Under the pieces are notes generated by a model that saw only the letters and a list, made by a program, of their open reading frames with translations, was not told the DNA's origin and did no database searches. Source: Saccostrea echinata (taxonomy: Eukaryota). Taken from it: a stretch of DNA of 64,000 nt. Both the position numbers and the translations under genes were made by a program. The stretch lies in contig NW_026889750.1 in assembly GCF_033153115.1 (NCBI RefSeq), forward strand, positions 42,160,001-42,224,000, in the 5' to 3' direction. Shown here piece after piece: positions 12,556-24,900 of the stretch. Every line of letters starts with the position of its first letter. Positions within the stretch are counted from its first letter, which is position 1.

Positions 12556-13070
12556 GGACCAACTAGCTGCAGATCTGTAGCTCGCTAGTCTGAAAAAAAT
12601 GGGCAACAAGAGAGCTACAGTGTCATCCATTGTAAAAAGTGCATATTTATTGCGCGCAAAAATTAATGTGCACAGAAAAGTGTCCTGCTTTATCAATTTA
12701 GAAGATTACTAACCCTGTGTTCTTAACATATTCTTGAACTACTTCCACAACAACACATTCCCAAAACTGTTGTTAATAGGCCTCCTGGACCTACAATTGA
12801 GACCATTGAAAAATTCGCCTATTTATACTGCCATTTTGGGTGACAAAACAATTCGGTCCAACGCGCTACATGACTTGTCCAGTATACTTGTATACTGTTT
12901 TGTTGTGGAATTAGTAAAAGAACATGTGGTTGGTAATATTTTTAGATATACGGAGAAATAAATCTAGAAACAGTACACTTTTTTCGATGGGTGACACTGT
13001 ACATGTAGCTCTATTGTCGTCCATCAAAATTTTTCAGACCAGCGAGCTACATATCTGTAGCCAGTTGACC
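12556..13070. mobile_element. Non-autonomous TIR element (MITE)
   Basis: Left caactagctgcagatctgtagctcgctagtctgaaaaa matches the reverse complement of right tttttcagaccagcgagctacatatctgtagccagttg; arms extend to ~80 bp. It interrupts a degenerate local repeat (gaacaaaattttagaaatgattctt). Confidence 0.8.
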
Positions 13071-14835
13071 AACTAAACAAAATTTTTAGAAATGATTCTT
13101 CAAAAAGCTTCACGAATATGTTTACATTGATTGTAATCCATATCAAATTAAACGACACAATAATTGTCAGTTTTCTTCTGTATTTCTTAATACTCTGCAA
13201 TTCAAATCATCCATTTTTATAAAATCATATGAAATATGTATTCTTTTTTTTTTTTTTTTTTTAGATATTAGTTTTACGCAAGTTTGGACGTTTTCTTACA
13301 GCTGTCAGGGAATTGCTGAAAAGTATAAATGCATGATCAATAAGGAAATATTAAACTCAAACCTTTTCAATACTGCATTAGTTTTATAGCATATTTAAAA
13401 GTTCAGTCTATAAGTAAATCTGAGGCTTTTTGAAGAACAATTTGAAGTAAAAAGTTCCTCCAGTGAATTTTCTGAACAATCCTGGAGTTTAGGAAACTAA
13501 TCAGATGTATCTTTTTTTTAACTTTTACAGATATACATTACCAAATCCGTTTCATGTATATAATGGCTCTTTACTTGTGTCAAAGAGAAATATTAAAGAA
13601 CAGTTTAAATTTCAAAGGATTGATTTTATTTTTTTATTCACTTGATTGGTTTTAAGACTGGTCACCAAGCATACTTTCTATAGGTATTGTTACAGCTTGG
13701 CCGTTCCTATCTCAGCTTTAAGAGTTCCTTTGGTAATTATAAAATTCGAGATTTCTACCATAGCTCTTCTTTAATTTTTTTCTTATTAATTATCTTAACA
13801 TTCAAGTAATAAACAACAGAAAATAAACCTCGTGGGCCTGACTCAGTGCCATTTTGTGTGCTCCCTTCTGGACGACATGTGTGGTCAAGGTCTTCCAAAA
13901 ACTACTGAGTTATAATAAAAAATTCATTTAAAAATATCATTTTATCTAAAACATGAAATTGCCCTTTTAAAAACTTCTGTCACATTTGCATGCGCTTGAC
14001 ACCAAAGAAATCATTGGATTATATAGTCACCTTTGTAGGTGACTGTTTAACAAAGATCTAAGTGAGAAAGTTCTCATGTGTAACAAACTTATACAGAGCA
14101 CCAGGTCAAAAAAAAAAAAAAGAAAAAACACGTTCTTGGGGGAAATTATCCATGTATATCTTATGAATCTGAAATTCGAGATCAGCTATGCTTTGTTTTT
14201 TGATATTTGAAGGGCATAAACTTGGTGTATTTAAACCTTAAAATAGCTTATTTGGTTTTGATAACAAAGAGTGCAAAAATCATTTAGTTTGTTATGCATA
14301 ACAATTTCTATTTTGAAGCAAATAGTATGAAGGTAAGTGTTAAATACCTGAAAATGTGGACTTATTTTATTTAAAATATTAAACTAGAAGTTTATATAAA
14401 TTCAATAATACTGCTTTTCCAATGAAGATGACTCAATACATGTACAGTACAAAACTTAATATATATTTATGTCCACTTTGTAAAATCGACCTAAAGTTAC
14501 ATCGTAAATGCATTTCTTTCGTTTCAGATGTAAATAAAGACTAACAATACATATTCCTCAGAAATCAGTTTTCGAGCATTCAAAATTATGCCTGACGTTA
14601 CAGTAAAATTTTTCATGCTTTTTTTTGGGGGGGGGGGGGGGGGGTGATGGAGACAATCTGTTTTATAAGTACATTGTAAAATGCTCCATATTTAACACAA
14701 TATTAAGAACAATTTTCAAAAGTTTGTTCTGGATTCTTTGCAAAAATCAATTTATCTAAATATTAAATATCGGAAATAGTATGAATGAATTACAAAACAA
14801 AATTGCACTTAGTTTATTGTCATAGACAGATGCAT

Positions 14836-14840
<5 letters not shown>

Positions 14841-14906
<66 letters not shown>
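14841..14906. repeat. Compound (CT)n(AT)n microsatellite
   Basis: Directly visible. Confidence 0.95.
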
Positions 14907-14911
<5 letters not shown>

Positions 14912-16239
14912 TATAGTCGGTTTAATTAAACATCAAGAATGTAGTTTTAAACCTTATTAATAGGTCGTGCATCCTGTCCTTTAATAAAAAGGGTAAAAAC
15001 TATTACAAAAATATCAGTTTATTCAAATACAAAAGCACTGTTCAAAGTACATGTATGTTTCAAATGTATCTTAAGGTTATGGAAAAAAGGACTAAAGTTT
15101 GAAATACACGTATAGATCATTATGTTTATATAGCACAGATCAAATGTGAGTATGTACAGATTTTTTCCATAGAAGATAAATCCATCATTATAACATTTAC
15201 GAAATTTACATATCAAAGATCATCCTCCTAATAAATAACATTCATTCGGGTTAACTATGACAGCAGCAGTATGTCTACTACACAGACTCTCATGGTTACA
15301 CTCCTTGCTCTAAGGACAAAAGTACATTATTTGTACATACATGACTGTATGTTTTGAAGAGACTGATTTGAACCAATGATATTGGGTCATATAAAAGACC
15401 CGTGACTTCTATTTATAGCGTCAGGGAAACTCAATCAGCTGAGAAGTCGCCTCGGTGTGGGGAATGAGCTCAACTCGAGCAGGCTCTGAGCAAGGATTTA
15501 AAGCAAAGTCAATGTTTCTTCAGACCGGAGTAAACCTTAGGCCCCGATAACGAGACCCATTGCAGTGGTTTGGGTCCGTAGAAAAGGTCCGAATGAAAAG
15601 TGCATTTGATATGGGTTCGGCAGGGATCTGGAATCTTTAAAATTTCAATGATCCCTCACATGGTATTTTAGCACTTTATTGATATATCGGCTTCTTGTGA
15701 TATAGGAAGGGAAATTTTCTCCCGATATTGTGTTTTGATTTGCTAAAATATACTTTGAAATATGGCAAGATAAGTCTTTTGACACAAGATGATAAAAAAA
15801 ATAAGACTTTTTTCTATAAGTTTGCTATCTCTCCACGGTTTTAAACGTTATGTGCGCATTTAAACACAAAGAAACGAGCAATCATTTGAAAAAAAAAATT
15901 GAGAGAAGACCAGAGACTATGAAAATAATTTTTTTAAATCAAATTGCGGCTTCATTGTATTTTTTCATTATTATTTATTTATTTATCAAAGTGTAAAATA
16001 AATTGTGATTGTGCTGCTCCGACAACGAAATCCTTTCTTCCCATTGATTGAAATTGTATTTAACTATACCTAATATGTTATGTTTAGTAATAATGTAAAG
16101 TAATACTGTGATCATGCAATAACTATGCTTTTTTAAATAACATACAAGGATCATATAAACCGTTCATTAAAATTGTTGAAATCAAATCATTAGTTTATTT
16201 AAAGAAACTTGCAAAGAAAACAAACAATCTATTTAATTA

Positions 16240-17620
16240 TTTCCAGAGTCGACGACGTTTTATCAATTAACAACAGATGTCTACTCCATAATTATCCCAG
16301 TGAACTCGAACTAAAAGATACCACAGTCTGCCACATCTGTTTTATATTTGAATGTTTAAATGACTAAAGATGATAAGGGCCAACTTACAACTAAATTGTA
16401 TGACAATGGAGATGACTTCAGTTTTCCCATTGTAAGCTTTCCTTATTACCGTCTTCCTTGGAAGACGGTATACAGAGTTGAAGTATTTTACAGTCTTCGG
16501 ACTTTGCACTTCCTCTCTTTTGTGATTGGTAGAAAATACATGAAGTGAAAAATTTTCAATTATTTCATTGGTTAAAATGCTGTTCACGGCAAGATAATTT
16601 TCTGTTGATCTAATTTTCGTACGACTTAACATTTTTTCTAGATTTTTCAATCTTTAAAAAAGTCGACAAAACGAACCAAAAAAAATTACAATAAATGAAA
16701 CTGTCACTTTAATTTTTCATAAGCAACTATTAAAAGGTGTTTTTTCTTAAATTTTAACAGAAATTTAGTGCAAACATTAGAAATGAATTCATCCTTTTTT
16801 TCTTACTTTGTTTTTGCACTGTCTTTCGTACGTTAGGGCGACGACCATTTGATTCTGAAAAAGGGGGGGGGGGGGCTGGCTAAATTTTTCGAGTCAAATT
16901 ATTTATTTTCATGTCAGTCAAGAAGAGATTATTTATTTTCAAGTTGATCAAGGACAGATATTTTTTTTTTCTTCTTCACTGAAAAAGTTTGTCTGTAACA
17001 AATCTGTTGACGAAATACAAAGCCAAGAACAGGTAAAGAACAACTAAAAAATAATACGACCTGATAGCTGAATGTCAGTTTACTGTTTAAGGTTGTTGCT
17101 AAAGACGTCAAGCTTTAGAAAAAAAGCTATACTTGTTCATGTAGTAATATTCCGCTATCCCCTGCATATGGTGTTTACGTCTCCAAACTTCCATACTCAG
17201 GTTATGCTCCGAGTAGGATCAATTTTTAAACCGATGCAGGCTACTGACAGATAAGTTGAGATGTAACAGTTGTTGCAAGGATTTCAACAACCTTGTTCTA
17301 AGTCAGTATTTTGTAAATTCTATGGTCGTTCTAATGACATTTATGGCATTTATAACCTATCATTGGGTCGTAGTTTGGCTGACATGTTTCATACCGATTG
17401 TCAGGCCTTTTTTTAAATTTAAACTTGACTATACGGAATATTCAATCTACGTTATCAATACATAGGCTCAAGGCCGTTTTAACATGTCAACAGGGGATGC
17501 TTACTCCTCAGGCACCTGATCCCATCTTTGGAATATCCGGGAGTCCGTGTTTCATGCCTGTTCACAGATTTTTTTTTTCTTTTTTAGATCGATCACTGTT
17601 CGTTATTTTCACCTTTTTTC
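16240..17620 (+). mobile_element. Penelope-like retroelement remnant, split by a ~680-bp insertion (~16448-17130)
   Basis: Encodes GQLTTKLYDNGDDFSFPIVSFPY (16378-16447) and resumes CSNIPLSPAYGVYVS at 17134. This is the RT thumb-region motif of invertebrate Penelope-like elements, followed by the conserved 3' block caggggatgcttactcctcaggcacctgatccc. Confidence 0.7.
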
Positions 17621-17881
17621 ATTTGATCGGATCATACCTGTATCGGTTTCAAAATAAAATATAAATTTATATTGATATTGATATACGATACATTTAAAAA
17701 AAAATTCTTTGATTGCAACAAAGAATAATCAGCTTAAAGATATACAGTTTTAATTTTTTTTCTAGGTTTCCGTACATTGCTTGACAAGCCTTAGATAAGA
17801 CAAGACAGTATGTGCTACACGACATCTCTTCAGGAGAGATGTCCATCCATTTACAGCTGTTTACAAGATCATTAGCCACCC

Positions 17882-18742
17882 ATGTTTCACAGAGAACCAA
17901 ATCGGGATAGCAGTTTACCTGGTAAAAAGATGGTTCACAAACCTGTTCTTGATGGTAGATTTCGAGATCGGCAAGCCAACCATATTGAAAATCGGCAGCG
18001 TCTTCATTCTGATAATGAAGTGCCTCAAATGGAAACTTCTCAAAACTTTCTTCTACCGCTCACTAAACGTGACTTTTACACGAGAAAAGACACAGCCCGA
18101 AAGAACCTGCTAGGATACTTGTATACCCGACAACCTGTTCTTCACCGCAGCTATTCCTTCGTTGCTGGGGAGAAACCAATCAACGAACCAGGTCTTCCTA
18201 AAATCGCATCTTTTTCCCGAGAAAAGTCGAATCTTGACCTTAGCAAATCAAGGAATCGAAGCTATGAAATGACCCATCATGAACTGGGCCTTGGTCAACC
18301 ATCGAAAATTGGAAAAGTAAGAGAATTTTTAAAATCCGGAAGTTCTAGGTCAATCTGTAGTGTAAAAAAAGAAAACAGGAGCCCTCAAAGATCCCGGACT
18401 AATAGCAACAAAATGACATTGCCGGAAATTATTGAGGATCTGAATAACAACGAAAAATATGTTAATGACACTTACTCAGAAGAGGAATCGTTCGACAGAC
18501 CACGTGGTAGTGATCAAGTGATAACTTTTGTGCCATCTAGACTCATAGGGAACGAACCTAAAGTCTATCCCTCCAGACATAGACCGATTACGCCAAATTT
18601 ATTGAAAAAACTAGATAAATTGAAGATTCCTAATCGAATACGGACCCAGGATTGGGTTAAGATGTTACCATCAGATACCAGAGCATATATCGGAGAATCT
18701 CGAATTAATGCACAGTATGTTCCAGAGGATGTAGACGATTAA
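17882..18742 (+). CDS. Uncharacterised 286-aa hydrophilic, probably disordered protein (single coding exon)
   Basis: Long stop-free ORF in AT-rich DNA with R/S/K/P-rich composition. Acceptor ttttttttctag at 17765 upstream of the ATG. No domain recognised. Confidence 0.75.
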   Translation: MFHREPNRDSSLPGKKMVHKPVLDGRFRDRQANHIENRQRLHSDNEVPQMETSQNFLLPLTKRDFYTRKDTARKNLLGYLYTRQPVLHRSYSFVAGEKPINEPGLPKIASFSREKSNLDLSKSRNRSYEMTHHELGLGQPSKIGKVREFLKSGSSRSICSVKKENRSPQRSRTNSNKMTLPEIIEDLNNNEKYVNDTYSEEESFDRPRGSDQVITFVPSRLIGNEPKVYPSRHRPITPNLLKKLDKLKIPNRIRTQDWVKMLPSDTRAYIGESRINAQYVPEDVDD

Positions 18743-20390
18743 CTAGCTATGGCGGTCATAATGCACTGTCTTTTATCAAAGCAACAATTTCTTATGTTGA
18801 GATTTTCTTGAGAAGAGAAAATGTTGATAAATTAAAAATGGAGTAAATCAATTAATACATCTCGTTTGGTCACACACATTCAATTAAAATCAATTTTTTC
18901 TCAACTTGAGAAATGAACATATATTTAATTATGCACTAGAAACTGTATTGCATTTTTTTTCTATCGTTCGATTCATTGACAAGACGAAGTTTTTAATCAT
19001 CAAGTGAAAAGCTCTTTGATGAACAAATCAATTACCACCATAAATATAAATCAGCATGAATTATTTTCACCTATTCTTGTACAAAAATAAAAAGGTGTTT
19101 AAAAATGGTGGTCATTTCATGCTTTTTTAAACAATAGGATTATACTTTCAGAAATTTTATGAAATCATTTTTATGAAAATAAAAAAGGGGGAGAGAGAGA
19201 AAATCGAAAATGTTAATCAAAAAACTTAAATTCTTTTTTTTTTTTTTTTTTTTTTGTTTTTTTTTTTTTTTTTTTTTTTTTGTTTTGTTTTGTTTTGTAT
19301 TATCATGTGCCTGGACGGAGTATTATCCTCTTATACTCATTTATGTCAGATGATTAATCAGACGAAGATTTTTTTTCTTAATGAAACAGGCCCAGGCCGT
19401 CTTTCATGTTCAAAATTTACGATACTATGAAAAATTCGGTACTACGGAAAATATTAGTCTATGGGATTAAAAAGGGTCACAATTGCCTTATACAAAAGTT
19501 CGATCCCTACGATGGTTCTTTTTTTTCACTAGAGACAGTTTTCTTTGCTATCTTATATTTCATCTCCAATTTTTTTTTTTTTTGGGGGGGGGGGTGGTAT
19601 TTAAATCACATGCGTTTACCCTTGATCCTTCTCAGACCCTGGTTGATACATGTATCATTTGAACAGACCTGCATTTACTCCCTCTGACACTTATTACATA
19701 ATGTATGCCAAATGCCACCTTGTTGTACTGTAGAAATGCTTATACATAAAAATAAATAATTAAGATGAAATATACGAAAGATCAAACAAAATGTGGAAGT
19801 TGGGGGTCAAAGTGTTTTTTTTTTCATGTCCCAAGAACGTTAAAAAAATAATTGATTTTTTTTTTTACATTCCCCACCTCTCTATCCCCAACAGAATCAT
19901 TTCCCCATAGATATGAATATAAATAAGTTGTATGCATTTTTTTTTATTTGTGTGTGTTCAAATGAAAACTCAACATTGAAAATGTTTGTCCGAGCTATTG
20001 ACTTCAAAACTTCATGATACGAAAAATGACTTCCCGATCAATAGTTTTCTCATGATTTCTGCTCCGTCTCTTAAAATAATGAATTACCTTTGCTAGAACT
20101 CAGTGAATAAGCTGTCAATAATAGGGTTTCAATGCATAAATTTTTTATCCTATTTCTGTACAAACTTTCACGTTATTTGTTTGCTCAATATCGATTAACG
20201 AATTTGTTACCGGTGGCTAGATCACAGTTCCTTTTCGCTTTAGACTTATCTATTTATCTGTACTCAAACTCAGGACATAATAGATATATGGATAGGTTAA
20301 GATCATGCTAAATCACATAGAACACTTTCATTACAATGAGATAAAAAAAAATTTCAAATTTTTTATTTCTTTATTTATATATTTAATTAA

Positions 20391-20391
<1 letters not shown>

Positions 20392-20436
<45 letters not shown>
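20392..20436. repeat. (TTA)n microsatellite
   Basis: Directly visible. Confidence 0.95.
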
Positions 20437-21360
20437 GATTTCGTTAAAAATTGTCAGAGGACTACACAAAAGCACAGTTAAAAACTTAACCGCTAGTGTT
20501 TTGAGGAAAACAAATACCAATAAATAATCCAAAAATATAGTGAAAAAATACATATTTCAAGTGATTAAATTTTTGAGTCAGTGCATTTGGGTGGTGGTGG
20601 TGTTCTATTCAATGGATATGAAATAGAAATGTATACATGATGGCAATTACATATTCTAGCTATGAGCTCTTTACCAGAGAGTGTAAAAAGTGTATTCCCA
20701 GGGATCAAGGTGAGGCTAAACTGACCTTCATTCAAAACTATACTACCAATGATCAAATTAATGTATTTCATGAATTTCTTCTGAGAATGGGATGAAATTT
20801 AGCTTGATCCTCTGGATTCCTTGTTAATTAATGATACACATACTCTGCATTTGCATCGTAACGCAGACCATATGCACAGAGAAACAGTGAAAATAAAGTA
20901 AAATTTCATATTGAATTTTAAAACTGTGATCCTTGCGTCTTCATGATCGAGGGCTTCAAATGAAAATTGAATCCTTCATTATCCTCAAGGGACAGGAACA
21001 TGTTTTGATTTCATGTAGAGAAAATTATATCTTCAAATAGACACCTTACAATCAGCTCATAGTTAATGGAAAGATTCAGTCGAACGTTTTTATTGCAGAA
21101 AAATGTCCAACGCCTTCTCAAGGTTCTTTTCCTTAGATCAAATGAGTGTTTAGAAGATTGTGATTTAATACTAAAGAAATATTTTCCTTTATGTACCTTC
21201 GCTAATTTTTTTTTTTCGAGATTGCTATATCCGTAGTTGATCAAAGTTTAAATATATGTTATTGTAAACGAAACATGAGCCAGATATGTCAAAACAAATT
21301 CCTCGAGATAAAAAACGAATATTATTTTTGCAAAGTCGCCAAACACGGCACTATCTAAGC

Positions 21361-21612
21361 TTGTTTTATTTGTTGGCTTCAGTCATATTGAGACGCCACC
21401 ATTTGCCTATACTCGGGCACTTATGGCCAATGAGCAAAGAGGGATCTTTTTTCGTGCCAGCACCTACTGCGACACGGGACCTCTGGTTATACGGTCTCAT
21501 CCGAAGATCCAGTCTCCACGTCCCGATGTGGGATTTAAACTCGCCACGTAAGGGTCATCTCCTTACTCTGCGACTCTAAAGCAAACGCTCTAACCATTGC
21601 CCAACGCGGGCG
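21361..21612 (-). mobile_element. tRNA-derived SINE
   Basis: Homologous to 32258-32556, with degenerate A/B boxes on the minus strand. TSD atctaagc at 21353-21360 and 21613-21620. Confidence 0.85.
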
Positions 21613-21951
21613 ATCTAAGCCGCCTATAAAAATGTTAAGAAGAATAGTTTTATTCAGAAAATTACCAAATAGACATATAACACATATAAAAACGCATATT
21701 TATAATCATGTAAAGCACAGGATTTAGTTAAATTGCTGCTATAAAAATGACAATAGCAATACAAGCATTAGAATTACGTCAAAGAATGTTCTTTTGACAT
21801 TTTGTGTCAGATCTCTATCCTCCAACAGAAACTGGTTTGGATCAAAACAAAAATGCATGAAAAAGTAACACAGAAATAACAAGTCTATCAAATAATACTT
21901 GGTAATAGAAAACTTGTGTGAAGTGTCTTACAGTGTGGAAAAATTTTAATA

Positions 21952-24900
21952 TCACATGGTAAATCCAGCATTTGGTGGGTAAGCTGGATTGATGCCGCCC
22001 CCAACAGTCTGGGGATACTGAGGGGGAGGATATTGCGAGTATCCTTGAGGTTGCTGATACATTGGAGGGGGTGGGACTTGGTTATAGCCCGGGGGTGGTG
22101 GAGGGTAAGCTTGCATTGGTGGACCTGTGTACTGGTTCTGTGTGTTGGAGTGCACTGAGAAAAAAAAATATGCATTTTAAAATTGCAAAAAACGTTCTGA
22201 CTGCAAAACATGTCCGAGGAGAAATTAATATTACATTTCAGAAATATTCATAATATACCTTTTAATAGACCTTTCAAGTGATTGAATCATATCGCCATAC
22301 TTAAAACATAAATAATTATAAGAGAGATATTTAGTGACGTTTCAAGCTTACCGATTGTGACATCTGTGGAAATTTCAAGTCACCTATTTTGACACCTTTG
22401 GAAATTTCAAGCTTACCTACTGTAATATCCGTAGTAATTTCAATTAAGTCAACCAATTGTGACACCTGTGGTAATTTTGAGCTTACTAATTGTGACACCG
22501 GTGGTAGTTTAAAGCTTAACTGATTGAGACACCGGTGGTAATTGCAAGACTACCGATTGTGACACCTGCGTTTATATTGAGGTTACCGATTGTGACACCT
22601 GTGGTAATTTTGAGCTTACCGATCGTGACACCTGTGGTATTATTTTGAAATGGTGCAATGATAGCACCTCTGGATCTTTTCTTCTTCATGACGACACACA
22701 CAACGACCCCAGCAATCACAGCTATACACACCAGCGCCCCAACCACAGCTCCAGCTATTGTGCCCCCACTACAAGTATATCGCCAAATAAAGGAGTAGAG
22801 CAAGTACATCATAAACTAGGGAGAGGAGCAAGTACTTCTCAAAGTGATGGAGTGTATCTTCATTTTAAAGTTTGGGAGTTGAGAAAGTACATGTATATTT
22901 CACTGCTATTGAGTGGAACAAGCATAAATGCATCACAAAGTTAAAGAGTGGAGCAAATATACTTCAAAGTTAGGGAGCGGAGCAAATGAATCTCAAAGTT
23001 AGGACTGGAGAAAACACATTTCAAAATTAGAGAGTTTAAAAAATGCATTGCAAAGCTAAGGAGTGAGCAAGTACATCTGTACTTTAGGGAATCGGGTAAG
23101 TAATTGTTCATTTTGTGTTTAGTAAATGTTAATAGATTTTTCATGGAACAGCAATAATGGTTATAGTAGGGTCATATAATTTAGTGATGTAGAAGATAAG
23201 CAGTTTGATATTACTCGCCTCGGCTTGTAACAACAGTAGCAATTATAGTAAGATCTCTAGCTGTTACATGTATTTGATAAGCAGTATAATGTTACTCATC
23301 TGGTCATATTTACAACAGCGTTAGCGGTTATAGTAGAATATCTATAGCTGTACATTAAGTGTTAAGTATGATGTTACTATCCTGGTTCTAAGGAAAACAG
23401 CAGTAGCAGTTATAGTAAGATTCCTATAGCTGTATCATAAAGTGTTAAGTATAATCTTACTATAGCCTGGTCTTATAACAGCATTAGCGGTTACAGTAAA
23501 ATCTGTATAGCTGTTTATTTGGTGCTCTTAATTAGAAGCAGTATGATGTTACTAGCCTGGTCCTAAAACAGCACTAGCGGTTATAGTAAAACTTTTATAT
23601 AGCTGTTTATTTAGTGTTCTTTACGAGAAGTATTATAAAGTTACTCGCCTGGTCCTATAGCAGCAGTAGCGGTTATAGTAACTTCCACAGCAGGAGGAGT
23701 AGCAGTATTTTCTACCAGACACGTAATAACTATTATAGTAGTTCCTAAAATAACACGTCTCTCCAGCCAGAATATCTAGGAAAAGATTTTGAGAGTCTAT
23801 TGAATTTATACATGTATTGCTTAAAACAAATATTTCATTGTTAATACAATCTGAACACTTCTCAAAACACATTTATTACTGAATGAAAATGTATAACAAG
23901 ATGTTATAATCTTTAATTTATCAATTAAATTCTGTCCCATGGTACCACGTCATAATTTTTTGAAAACTTTTTGTAGTAGTTTAGACTATGTGGAACGTGG
24001 CGAGCTCAGCAGTTAGACCATTCGACTAGAAATGCAGGGGTCCCAGGTTCGATTCCAGCCATATTTTTTCTCTTTTCCTGATACATTTGGTGCCGTTGAT
24101 TACTTCTGGACTTGCAGGTGAAAGTCCCACCAAAGGCTAAAAAATCTGGGTCGTGCGTCTTTAAAGGCAAAGATATCGATATTTCAAAGAGAGGGGATGT
24201 AGTTGATTTGGCTATGAGGACAGTGGATATCGGCCCCGGTAGCTCACTGGTTAGCACCTAACTAGAAATGCAGTGTTTCGTTCATAGAAATTTTCTTTCA
24301 AAATATATAAAAATCTTCAACTTAATTTGATCATTTTTTATGCGCCCATATCGAAGATTCGGGGATATATAGTTTTTGCCCTGTCCGTCCGTCTGTCTGT
24401 CTGTTTGTCCGCAAAAACTTTAACATTGCTCATAACTTTTGATTGGTAGGAGATATAGCTTTCATATTTCACATGCGTATTCCTTGTGACAAGACCTTTC
24501 TTTGAGTACCATCATATTTGACCTTTTGACCTTGACCTTGGAGTTTGACCCAGTTTTACAAAATTTTACCCAACTTTAACCTTGGCCATAACTTCTGAAC
24601 GGTTGGTGCTAGGGATTTCATACTTCACATGTGTAATCCTTGTGGCAAGACCTTCCTTAGGGTACAAACAACTTTGACCCTTTGACCTTGGAGTTTGACC
24701 TACTTTAAAAAAAACACCTTGGTCATATTTTTTGAACAGTTGGTGGCTTTCATATTTCACAGGTATATTCCTCGGGACAAGACCTTACTTTGGGTACGAA
24801 CATATTTGATTTGCATCTTAGAAAGTTTAACCTCCGCTGTAAGTTGCCTTATGGAGGCATCAGTGTTTCACTATCACATCTTGTTTTCTCTCAAACTTGC

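Noticed and set aside
11690-13120. Degenerate repeats (gaacaaaattttagaaatgattctt) as a repetitive coding exon
   Set aside because: Frames are broken by stops and two TE insertions, and no consistent splice sites were found.
23998-24062. Possible tRNA gene (cloverleaf-like, CTA in the anticodon loop suggesting a suppressor)
   Set aside because: The acceptor stem does not pair, and the sequence is embedded in LTR-PBS-PPT context; it is TRIM-derived.
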